Position numbers and translations under genes: made by a program. Below the pieces are notes generated by a model that saw only the letters and a list, made by a program, of their open reading frames with translations, was not told where the DNA came from and made no database searches. Below are positions 37,556-48,440 of a stretch of 64,000 nt of DNA, in pieces. How positions within the stretch are numbered: position 1 is the first letter of the stretch; each line of letters begins with the position of its first letter. The stretch is from Heptranchias perlo (taxonomy: Eukaryota): the NCBI RefSeq assembly GCF_035084215.1, contig NC_090336.1, positions 36,766,001 to 36,830,000 on the forward strand, in the 5' to 3' direction.

Positions 37556-38704
37556 GCACAAGACCTCCAACCAACACTATACACCAGATACATCGACGAC
37601 ATTTTCTTTCTATGGACCCACGGCAAGGAATCACTAAAGAGACTACACGATAACATCAACAAGTTCCATCCCACCATCAAGCTCACCATGGACTACTCCT
37701 CAGAATCAGTTTCTTTCTTGGACACACGAATCTCCATCAAAGACGGGCACCTCAGCACCTCACTCTACCGCAAGCCCACGGACAACCTCACGATGCTCCA
37801 CTTTTCCAGCTTCCACCCTAACCACGTCAAAGAGGCCATCCCCTATGGACAGGCCCTGCGAATACACAGGGTCTGCTCAGACGAGGAGGAACGCGATGGA
37901 CACCTACAGACGCTGAAAGACGCCCTAGTAAGAACGGGATATGACGCTCGACTCATCGATCGACAGTTCCGACGGGCCACAGCAAAAAATCGCATAGACC
38001 TCCTCAGGAGACTAACACGGGACGCAACCAACAGAGTACCCTTTGTCGTCCAGTACTTCCCCGGAGCGGAGAAACTACGCCATGTTCTCCGCAGCCTTCA
38101 ACATGTCATCAATGAGGACAAACACCTCGCTATGGCCATCCCCACACCTCCACTACTCGCCTTTAAACAGCCACCCAACCTCAAACAGACCATCGTTCGC
38201 AGCAAACTACCTAGCTTTCAAGAGAACAGCGTCCACGACGCCACACAACCCTGCCACGGTAACCTCTGCAAGACATGCCAGATCATCGACACAGATACCA
38301 CCATCACACGAGAGGACACCACCCACCAGGTGCATGGTTCATACTCCTGTGTCTCGGCCAACGTTGTCTACCTCATACGTTGCAGGAAAGGATGCCCCAG
38401 AGCATGGTACATTGGCGAGACCATGCAGACGCTGCGACAACGGATGAACGGACACCGCGCAACAATCGCCAAACAGGAGGGTTCCCTCCCAGTCGGGGAA
38501 CACTTCAGCAGTCATGGACATTCATCCACCGACCTTCGGGTAAGCGTACTCCAAGGCGGCCTTCGAGACACACGACAACGCAAAATCGTCGAGCAGAAAT
38601 TGATAGCCAAGTTCCGCACCCATGAGGACGGCCTCAACCGGGATCTTGGGTTCATGTCACGCTACACGTTACCCCACCAGCGAACAAATGTTATCTGTTT
38701 TTAA
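37556..38704 (+). CDS. Penelope-type polyprotein, C-terminal part (RT motif C and thumb + GIY-YIG endonuclease); open but 5'-truncated
   Basis: Frame is open from 37556: YTRYIDDIF (YIDD 37589-37600), SVSFLD, LYRKPT, SSFHP, C..LCKTC, NVVYLIRC...WYIGET...LRQRMNGH, VGEHF, E...I......GLN. Confidence 0.93.
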   Translation, partial: AQDLQPTLYTRYIDDIFFLWTHGKESLKRLHDNINKFHPTIKLTMDYSSESVSFLDTRISIKDGHLSTSLYRKPTDNLTMLHFSSFHPNHVKEAIPYGQALRIHRVCSDEEERDGHLQTLKDALVRTGYDARLIDRQFRRATAKNRIDLLRRLTRDATNRVPFVVQYFPGAEKLRHVLRSLQHVINEDKHLAMAIPTPPLLAFKQPPNLKQTIVRSKLPSFQENSVHDATQPCHGNLCKTCQIIDTDTTITREDTTHQVHGSYSCVSANVVYLIRCRKGCPRAWYIGETMQTLRQRMNGHRATIAKQEGSLPVGEHFSSHGHSSTDLRVSVLQGGLRDTRQRKIVEQKLIAKFRTHEDGLNRDLGFMSRYTLPHQRTNVICF

Positions 38705-38947
38705 TATAATGGGTCATTTGCTGGCTCTCTCTGCCTTCCGGATGTTTCTGCCTCTCTCTGTTTTTTTTCTCTGTTTTTTTTCCCTGTTTGTTTTTTTGTT
38801 GAATGTGTATTCGGGGGTTCTGCAGATGACACCTCTCTGTCTGAACACGGTGATTGCCTTGGCAACGGGCAGTTGCAGGGACAGTCTGTAAACACCATGT
38901 ATTGTTCTATATGTATAAATGCGTAGGCTTCAAGGAGCTCTTGAAAC

Positions 38948-38988
38948 ATTTGCCTGAGGAAGGAGGAAATCTCCGAAAGCTTGTGAAT
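38948..38988 (+). ncRNA. Minimal type I hammerhead ribozyme motif (mirror copy at 37440-37480, minus strand)
   Basis: ATTTGC-CTGAGGA-A-GGAGG-AAA-TCTCC-GAAA-GC-TT-GTGAAT. Confidence 0.72.
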
Positions 38989-41146
38989 TTAAAATAAAAT
39001 TGCTGGACTATAACTTGGTGTTGTAAAATTGTTTACAATTGTCAACCCCAGTCCATCACCGGCATCTCCACATCAAGAAATTATGAGTATGGGGAAAGGA
39101 CAGGGGAACGGGACTAAATGAATCGCTCGTTCAGAGAGCCAACACAGGCACAGTGGGCTGAATAGCCTCCTTATGTAGTATACAATGATACGATTTTACT
39201 AATTTTACAATAGCATCCCCCAACAGGCTTGCTTTAAAGTCCTCTTACTTCTTAAACTCACTACTCTCTGGGTACTGATGAAGAAAACTTAATAGCACTC
39301 AGTCGGAAAAAAACTATACGAAAAACTTGTACTGTCTGACACAACCTTGTTCAACAAAAAGCTTAATAAAGCTCATCGATACAAGACACATAATGTGAAT
39401 TTTTCATTGCTCCCTCACTGTTACATAACTCACAGAGAAGCACTGGCTTGTATAACTCCCAGTCTTATAAAATGGCCATGCTGTATAATGGATATTGATC
39501 TTTCAGCATAGTGCAGCAAAAAGTAGGATGGAGATGTCCTTTTAATATTTTTAGGTAAATAAAGTGGTATAATGGAAAAAATTGGTTTTGGTAAACAACC
39601 TCCATTATATAATTTGTAAATAAATGGCACTGTACTTGAACTCTGTCCTCTGAGCTTTGCAGTTTAAGCTCCAACTACTAGTATGGGTAACATACTACAT
39701 GTGTTTCATCTCACTGGCTCCCCATCATGTGATGTGGTTATAACTAAGAGATCAAAAATCTTTCTCTTTCTAAGTTTACTTGTACTGGTTAAATTATTTG
39801 AATATTAATTTTTTTTTTACTAAGTCACATTTCTGACTACATTCTTTCATGTTGTAATCTTTATGACTGCTGTTTATGCAAAATGTTCTGTTTTTTCATG
39901 CAATATAAGGACAACAATAGAGCTTGCCATACTATTTGGTCATTAGAATGGAATTCAATACATGCACTTTATCTTAATAAATTCATAATTGTGGTGTCTA
40001 ACCAGAAGAACCTTGAACTTTATATGTTTAGCAACTGATGTCCATAAGACTGATTGTCCAGCAAGAGAAGGAAATGAGAGCTATCTATAAAGGTTACCAG
40101 GACTTCAAAATTCAGGGGTAACTATGCAAGAGGAAAATCAGTCTGCTGATAACAGTACAGCAATATTATAATTCAAAATTGCCTTTTATGATTTAGTATA
40201 GAGATAACAAACTAAAGGCCTTAACCTCAGATTTACATTTGCAAAACACAGGCTTTTGCGTAACATTGTGTTTATAATTACCATCTGAAGAAATATTCTG
40301 GAATGACAATTTAACCCAGCCTTGGCTTGAACTTGTTTTGATGCAATTTTATGAAGTATTAAGTCAGCTGCCAAAAATTTTTTCTGTAGAAATGGACTAT
40401 AGTAAAGTTTTTGGGGCTCTATTAACATTGATTAATTAAAAATCTATTACAGTTGGTAACTAATTGTATGTAATGGCTGCAACCTTGGTCACAGTGCAAG
40501 CCTCTTGGAATTGTACTGCATTCTTCTCGACTGAAAGTGCATCACTCCCCAGTAGCAGACATGAATATTTTAGAGAAGAATGAGAAAATTATTTTTAAAG
40601 TTCTGATCTAAACAAAATACGTTTTATTTATCCAAGACAAGCTGCAGCTAGTAGCGCATCAAATAATTTCACAGAGTTATTTGCATTGCTAGTATACATA
40701 CTTTAGTGTATGGAAATTCTGTACATGGGATAGCGCACAAAGATTAACCAATGCCTAAAGTGTACTGTGCTCAAAGTTCTCTATTGGTACACTAACAATC
40801 ATCTAAATGAGAATGGACCACGTCACAATAACTTATATATTGCCTGCCCACTGAACAAGTTCACTTGGCGATGTTTTGAAAGGAAATAACAAATTACATC
40901 GAGATGAGCCAAAGCTGACACCAGATTACGCAATAACAGGCATTGAAAATCAACAGAGCTATTTGTGCCAGTGTTGTACCCCAGAGGTGGCAACGATCCT
41001 CTTCAACACTGACCTCACCATAAATCACAGAGTCAGCTCATTTGCATATCCACTGGCGTTGGTCTGCCCAATTCCCATGTAACATGGGAGTACTGCAGTG
41101 GGGGAACGGAAATTGCAGATACAGGCCTTTAAAAAGCTGAGTCATA

Positions 41147-41750
41147 GGGGTAAATTTTAACCTCCAAGAACAGGTGGGTTGGGGGCAGGTGGGGAGTGAA
41201 AATACTCCGTTTTCAGAGCAGGACGGCATCCTGGTTCCAACATGCCTGCTTCTGGGTTTAACCCAGGCAGGTTTGTCTGCGCGTGGAAAGCAGACGCCAG
41301 GGCAGACACCAGGAAGTCCTGCCCCCACTTAAATCCGGCAGGCCGATACTTAAAAGGGCAATGTACTTCACTGAGATACTTGAAGTACTTAATATTTTGT
41401 GCATCAGAATAATAAAATGAATTTAACCTTACCTGTTCAGGTTTCCCATTCACGTTGGGTGAAAGCAAGCGGGGACGGACCATGAGGCGAGTGCCTTTAT
41501 TGCACTGCTTGTGGGCTGTCCTGCTCACCCATCACTCCTTTCATTGCTGAACTACATTCGCTCCCAGTCCCCCAATGCCTCAAATTTAAAATTCTCATCC
41601 TGGTATTTAAATCCCTTCATGACCTTGCCCCTTCCTACCTCGGTAACCCCTCCAGCCCTAGACCTGCCCTCAGAGCTCTTCATTCCTCCGACTCTGTCCT
41701 CCAGCGCACCCCCAGTGGTGGCTGTGCCTTCAGCCATCTCGGCCCCACGT
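41147..41750 (+). mobile_element. Truncated Harbinger-like MITE (41147-41515) followed by an L2 3' fragment
   Basis: GGGGTAAATTTTAACC start, homology to 34685 element; then cacccatcactcc...atttaaaattctcatcc L2 motif. Confidence 0.7.
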
Positions 41751-41795
41751 TATAAGTAATATGAAGTAAATAGAAAATTCTCTAAATGCACTTAC

Positions 41796-41933
41796 TTGTA
41801 AATCAATTTCCGCTTCATAAAAAGTTAGACACGCACAGTAATGGCGATCGGAGTCAATGTCTGTCAGAACCACCACAAAATACGTCGGCTGCTTTCGTTC
41901 AGTGGACAGTTGCCAACCACAAGGTTGACAAAA
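41796..41933 (-). CDS. SBF2: SBF2/MTMR13 coding exon (uDENN region; corresponds to human exon 3)
   Basis: Minus strand reads ctctag|[46 protein letters not shown]|gtaagt; 138 nt, phase 0. Matches recalled human SBF2 ([46 protein letters not shown]) better than SBF1. Confidence 0.95.
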
Positions 41934-44288
41934 CTAGAGTTAAAAACAAATAATGAAAACAGTTACAACACAATTTTATTCTTCCAAAACATCCAAAAAT
42001 AATTTCAAGAGTTTCAAATAACCCAGAATGTCAAACATTATATAGTGCCTCGGCAACTTTTTATTATGAGAGTGAAAAATACTAGTGTGTGGATTAATTT
42101 GCCATTTTTAAACTCACGGCCTTTCACTTCCTCTCTCCTTCCCCAGGCCAGCAATGCAGTTTTTACACAAATGGTTCGTATAAATCTTCCCAGCCATCAG
42201 GGAACTTCCAACATTTGGAATTGAAAGTTGAGATTCATGATTTTCAAACTTCCTAATTTGCTGCCAGTGGTGTGCAACCTTCCCAGCATAAACGGAACAG
42301 TTTCCACAACACCAGGGGCCAAGATTATCATGGAACTATTTCAAGTAACAGTATGGTGATATAAATGCAACTTATCTTAAGTACAGAAGGAAAGCTCGAA
42401 CATGCGACAGTTTGACTAGAAATCAAGTATCTTATAACAGTTAAGGTACTAATGACATTCTCCTTTCACTTCAGCGTAGGGTCAACACTAGATAAATGCA
42501 TATTGACCACATTACTTCTATTGCAGATAAATTAAGATCTAAAAAATGATGCCCACTGTTGGTCTGCACAGGACTGTATATGATAGTTAAACCGCAACTA
42601 AATTTCACCAGCAATACAAATTTAGAAATCTGATCACTTCTCTGTATCACATACTTTTAAATGTTTTCTGTTTTTGTTTAGATTGCGTGGCTGAATGAAT
42701 AATTACAGCAAATGAGCTGTCACCCAGAAATTTGCAAATTGGTTATTTTTATCGATGGTTAATAGAAATCTTGATTCAAGTACATTTCTTGGCAAAACAG
42801 ATGATGGGTTTAATCAAGATTCAACTGTAGCACTTCTTAAAATCAGGCATTATTGAGTAGAATGACATGCAAGTTACCAACCAAGTTACATTTATCAAGT
42901 ACATTTGTAAAACAAAGCACAATTTAATATGCATAACTCATTAATAGCATTTTGGTGAAAACCTAAAACAATGGTATAAATAAACCTTAGTTAAGTTCTC
43001 AGATATAAGTAAAGATTTCTGAAAATAACTGAAGTCTCTTGCTTAATTTAGAAGAAAAAGGACAGTCTGCAATAAAACATGTTCCAAAACACTACTTGTG
43101 AAAGTTCACCATGTTCCTTTCTACTCTCTACTGTCCACTTCATCGAAAAATTTGGAAGTGTCTTATATGGAATTGTTATTTTAAAATACTTAAACAATGC
43201 AATGGGTTCACGTGCTGGCAAATTTCATCAGGGAATGATAGGAACCAGGTTCAAATTAGAGCAGTGTTATAACCCCATCAAACTGATGATGTCAGCATAG
43301 GACCAACGCCATTTGTATCACAGTGCAAGCAGCGAATACCCAGTTGGACAGAGTGTTACCCCCTTTTTCCCTGTAGAAGTGTAACAAAACTCCACTCGAG
43401 CACTCAAATGCAGAGTCCAAGATATCAGACTCATGCATCTATTGAATGAGAAGAGTTTAACATTCCTGTCAGCTCATTTCAATTAAAAGATAAGTTAGCA
43501 GTGTTAAACTAAGATAGAATAATGTGCATTGTATTCTTCAGTGACAATATGAAGAAAAATATCTTAGAGACTATCTTGTAAGTATCAGTTAGTCAAGCAC
43601 AGCCGAATGCTATACTGCAAGCTGGAATAAGGAAGATCATGCCTCAGCACCAGGTCTGAAACTGCAATATTGCAGGATAATTAACTGTTAGGGGTGTGGA
43701 AACAATAACAGATAGTAATTATAAATAGGGTCTTTATGACAGATTTCACTATATAGTAAATATAAATTCTTAATACCTACTCAAACATGATTTTGCTTTT
43801 ATTAACAAGTTTTAGTTTTTCTCCTTATAAAGTAGGCAATAGCATGAGTGTTTTATTTTATACACCGTTTTACCCACTCTGACATAGCATATAAGGTAAA
43901 TAAAAAACAGCTGTTGCATAGGTTGCAGAGACAAATTCATGTAAGTGGTCTTTGTTAAGGTCCCTTAAGATTGAGGTCGAGCCCACAATGAAATACAACA
44001 GTTTGGCAGGGGGCTAGTGGCATTCTGTGAACATCCTCATGCTGCCCTGACCTTGACTTCGGCATTTCTGAGCTTGGGTGAGGTGAGCATTCCATGACAC
44101 CAGTTCCAAAAGTGCACTACAACAGGAGTATTTAGAGGCAACAAATGAAAATATACCACTTCCCCTAAGACAAAAGGGAAGGAAAATCAGATGGTTAAGT
44201 AGATTCATGTTGCTCAGATGCACCCCCACTGGTGATTACAGAAAAATATTGGCAGGGGCAGAAAGCCAGTCATTACCCATCCTCTTGC

Positions 44289-44332
44289 AGGGGAAAACAA
44301 TACATGAAAGAGGGGAAAACAATACATGAAAG
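44289..44332 (+). repeat. 22-bp perfect tandem duplication
   Basis: aggggaaaacaatacatgaaag twice. Confidence 0.9.
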
Positions 44333-45342
44333 AGGAGAAAAAATTTCAAGCACTGTACTTCCAAGTACTTCAGTGGGCAATATATTGAACAGTTAATTTC
44401 CAAATATCTGTTACATATTGCTCATTCTACAATACGATTGTCAGTTTGTAGCTGTTATTCAAACACATACAAAAGAGTAAAGACAATGGAAAGATATTTT
44501 AAACAATGCCCTGATACTGTTTAAGAAATTAATCACACACCACACTTTCTCACAATTGCAAACTAATTTATGTAAATATACTTGTGGTAGTGCAAAACTA
44601 AAAAGGTAGAAAATAAGTTACCCATATGTGCAGCCATTATAAAGCATATTTTTCAAACATATCCCTCATATTGAAATTTTTTAAATTATCAATTTTGTGC
44701 TTAAATCAAAATTATGCCACAAAAATAGATAGACCAATATACACAATAATGGACGACAAGGAGTGGAGGTAGGGTTTGAAAATGTTTAATTTGTTAACGT
44801 GGTCATTGTAGATTTTTTTTAAAACAGAAGTACATTTGTTTTTTGTGCACAAGAACAAGCCTGGAAATGATCTCCCATCACCTTGTCAGAATGAGCTGAA
44901 TACTTTTTATCAATTTCATGCCGTGCTCATGGCAGTCCCCAGCCATCACTCCTTCAGTTCTTTGTGTAAGTACCCAATCAGACTTTTTTTTAATTTTCCC
45001 TGATCTTCAGTGGTCTAAGTCACTCCCCTGGATCCACCTGGTGCGGCCCACTTGCACCCATCTTGACGCGAGTACACCTCATCTCACCAGCCTCCTGACC
45101 TATGCTAGGTCCCATCCGAGCCAGTGCAAACTCCTTAAGTCACTCGCCTCGTGAGGGGCTAGTGGAGATTCCACCCCTTACAAAGCCAACCGGAAAAATC
45201 CCAGAAACTGCAGGGATCCAGTTGTGCCATTTTCCAGCGGGTTCCACTAGACTCCCGCAGGAATTATGGCAAATGTGCTGTAGAACTCCCAAGAAAATTG
45301 AGGACCCCAAGTCCTGAAAGTTAGTGTGTGTTCATGAAACAG

Positions 45343-45486
45343 TTGTAATCAATTTTACAACACCAAGTTATAGTCCTATCCTTTCCACTGTGAGCCGGCA
45401 GTTTGTGGTGTCGATGGTAGTCATGATGTGGAGATGCCGGTGATGGACTGGGGTTGACAATTGTAATCAATTTTACAACACCAACA
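45343..45486 (-). mobile_element. Miniature Penelope-like insertion: two pLTR end pieces in tandem around the probable ORF start
   Basis: TSD ttcatgaaacag (45331-45342, 45487-45498); both pieces carry the private variant ttgtaaTcaatt. Confidence 0.9.
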
Positions 45487-45678
45487 TTCATGAAACAGGT
45501 GTTTGAAACTAGGAAGTGAACAAAAGAGATGCTCTGAAGGTGAAATACATTAAAGTTAGTAGGGCAGGATTTTGTAATTTAAAGAAATATTACAGAAACT
45601 AGCCAAAATTAATATTTCAATGATTGCAGTCCATTCCATTTTCATTTTCAGACATCAGTTTGAATTCATCTACCAGAT

Positions 45679-46135
45679 GTCAGCAGTAGCTCAGTGGTAG
45701 CACTCTCAGCTCTGAGGCAGAGGTTGTGGATTCAAGTCCCAGTCCAGGACTTCAGCACATAGTTTAGGCTGACTCTTTGATGCAGCATCGAGGGAGTGCT
45801 GTAGTGTTCGGAGGTCCCACCTTTTGAATCAGACATTAAATCAAGGCTCCATCTTCCCTCTCAAATGGACAGACAAGATATCATGGCATTATTCAAAGAA
45901 GAGCAGGGAAGTTCCCCTGGTGTCCTGACCAATATCTATCCTTCAACCAACAAAAACAGATTAGTTGGTCAATTATCCCACTGTTGTTTGTGGGACCACG
46001 ATGTATGCAATTTGGCTGAACCATTTCCCTTCATTATAACAGTGACCACACTTTGAAAATACTTCATTGGCTGTGAAACATTTTGGGACGTCATGAAGTC
46101 GTGAAAGGTGCTATATAAATGCAAGTTCTTCCTTT
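45679..46135 (+). mobile_element. Full-length tRNA-derived DeuSINE (SacSINE1-like) with L2-type tail
   Basis: A box tagctcagtgg, B box ggattcaagtcc, Deu-like ggtgtcctgaccaa...tgtttgtgggacc...tggctg, tail gaaaggtgctatataaatgcaagtt. Partial copies at ~46690-46915, 54150-54365, 54385-54570. Confidence 0.8.
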
Positions 46136-46936
46136 CACCAATGAACAAGTCACACAGGCAGTGAAGGAGTTTTATCTCGATCGGCTATATATTATTACCT
46201 GCTTTTAATTACCATCCGAGGATTGCTCGTTCTGTAGTTTTCCCAATTAGGTGTATATCTCAAACTGATAAAACAAAGAGCTATAACCATCTCTGGTTTC
46301 AACACTTGTCCCGTACAAACAAAAGCTTTTAGCCATTATTTCGCAGCTGGGAAAACATCAAAAAGGGAGCATTTTGCAACTCTTCTGATAACAGTATATG
46401 TTGGTGTCTTGCATAATTCTGGTAAGTGAAATGTATTTTCAGGTCACATTTACAGGAGACAGACTTTGGACAGCAAAATTAAATGTCAAACATAAATACT
46501 ACATTTAAACATTTGGCAATTTGCACACAACTTTCCCTTTCAAAATACTTAATGCAACAACCAAACAAATATCAAGCTAATATCACAACTCTCATGCACC
46601 AAATTGGAAGCAAGGTTCTCCTCTAAGTGGGAGTGAAAATTCAATGGTGATCACGACAGATGATGCTTCCACTGACCTCTTAAACTGGGAACTTCTTTCA
46701 TTGTCCTGGCCAACATTCCTGACTCAATCAATACACCATAAACAGATTAACCTTTCATTTATCTCACTGCTGTTTATGGGATACTGCTGTGCACAAAATA
46801 CTTACTGCATTTGCCCATGTAACAGCATCACTGCATTTTAAAGCAATTAATTCTATGTCAAGTGCTTTGAGGTGTTTGAGATGATATAAGGCCCTTTATA
46901 AAAGCAAGTCCTTTTGCTCTTAAATTATCTTATCTA

Positions 46937-47103
46937 TGATGTGGAGATGCCGGTGATGGACTGGGGTTGACAATTGTAAACAATTTTACAACACCAAGTT
47001 ATAGTCCAACAAATTTATTTTAAATTCCACAAGCTTTCGGAGGCTTGTGGAATTTAAAATAAATTTGTTGGACTATAACTTGGTGTTGTAAAATTGTTTA
47101 CAA
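46937..47103. mobile_element. Miniature Penelope-like hairpin (37-nt tail + 61-bp perfect arms, 8-nt loop)
   Basis: Arms 46974-47034 and 47043-47103; TSD ttatcttatcta (46925-46936, 47104-47115). Confidence 0.93.
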
Positions 47104-47169
47104 TTATCTTATCTATGGGAGAGTATTTCATACTTAAACTGATCCATCCCTTTCCCCTTGGATTTTTCC

Positions 47170-48440
47170 ACAAGATAATTACAGATGAGGATGGCCATTC
47201 AGCTCTTCATAATTCATCCATCTGGGGAGATCCTAAAAACTCCCTTTTCAGCATCCAATTGATTCTTAAAAGCTCTCCCTGTCCATTTCATACATTGATC
47301 ACCCTTTCTGTGAAAAATTTCCTGACATCAGTCCTAAATTTGTCTTTGATCAGTTTGAACCCGTTTCCATTTGTCCCAGTCTCACAATTTAATTTAAAGT
47401 GATATTTTTGATTTACCCTCTCCATTCCCCCATCATAAACAGCTGTACAAGATTACCACTCAGTCATCTCCTTTCCAGGCTGAAAAGCCCAAGTATCTTG
47501 AACCTTTCATTATAACTCAGATCTTTGAGACAAGAGATCAGTCTCATGGCTCTTCTCTGCACTGACACGAGCACTTGAACATCTCGTGTCTCAGCGATCA
47601 GAACTGGATTGTACTGAAGGTGCAGTATTACCAGAGCACTATACAGTTTGGTCACAACTTTCTGATTATATTTTACTCTTTTGGCTATGTAGTTCAACAT
47701 TCTATTGGCTTTGTTCATTGCTGCTTTGCATTGGTTCAATATGTTGAATTACTTGAAGGAACTAATCATTCAGAATATTTACTATTTTGTCTTCGTCCCC
47801 AGTTTTAAGATCATTTGCATCTTTTAGGGTTTCAATTCTTCTCTGACTGACCTCTTATGGTTGCATTACTGAAAGAACATTTTGCTGTTATCTTCAGCCT
47901 CTGATGCTTTGTTTTTTCTCCAGATCCCTCTTTGTCCCTCTCCCCACTCTCATTATGTTTCTGCATTTCCTCGCATTCATTTCAATGAGCCTCTTCATCT
48001 TTCTTTCTGCAGGATCTGTAGAGGTTGTTGAACATCTTTATTTCATTTTTAATTTGTTTGTTAATCCATTCAGGGTCACATTTATTTAGACTGCGTTTGT
48101 TGGTTTTAGGAACATATTTATTCTGAATGCTGAGCGTTATTCCTTTAAACGTTTTCTACTGCCCTTAAACAACATACCCCAATTCATTAGTTTTAGTTGT
48201 TCCCTCATTTCTTTGAATTTCACCCTTTTGAAGTTATAAAGCTGGCTCCAAGTGTCAAGTACCTCAGACTCCCAGATTATATTGAATTTGATCATTCTGT
48301 GGTCATTGTGCTCCAGGAGTGCTACGACTTCCATTTCTTTTACATTGTCTGGGTCATTAACTGACACTCAGTCAAGATGAGTAGCCATGATGACACACTG
48401 GGTCACAAAGCAGTCATGCATTACATTTACCAACTCTGAC
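47170..48440 (-). mobile_element. Degenerate CR1 fragments (host continues at ~51580 after the nested LINE; further CR1 remnant ~51900-52450)
   Basis: QCKAAMNKANRMLNYI...LGLFSLERR; LEHNDHRMIKFNI...YNFKRVKF. Confidence 0.75.

Larger units (their letters stand above)
37390..39075 (+). mobile_element. Penelope-like element: inverted pLTR arm (37390-37537) + 5'-truncated RT/GIY-YIG ORF + pLTR and tail
   Basis: Flanked by agaaattatga (37376-37386, 39076-39086); inserted into a CR1 3' end. Confidence 0.96.

Noticed and set aside
45679-45750. tRNA gene
   Set aside because: A and B boxes are present but there is no full cloverleaf, and the sequence continues into a SINE body and tail.
1376-47103. 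Recurrent ttgtaaacaattttacaacaccaag motif as a CRISPR repeat
   Set aside because: Copies are dispersed, in both orientations, lack regular spacers and cas genes, and are termini of Penelope insertions.
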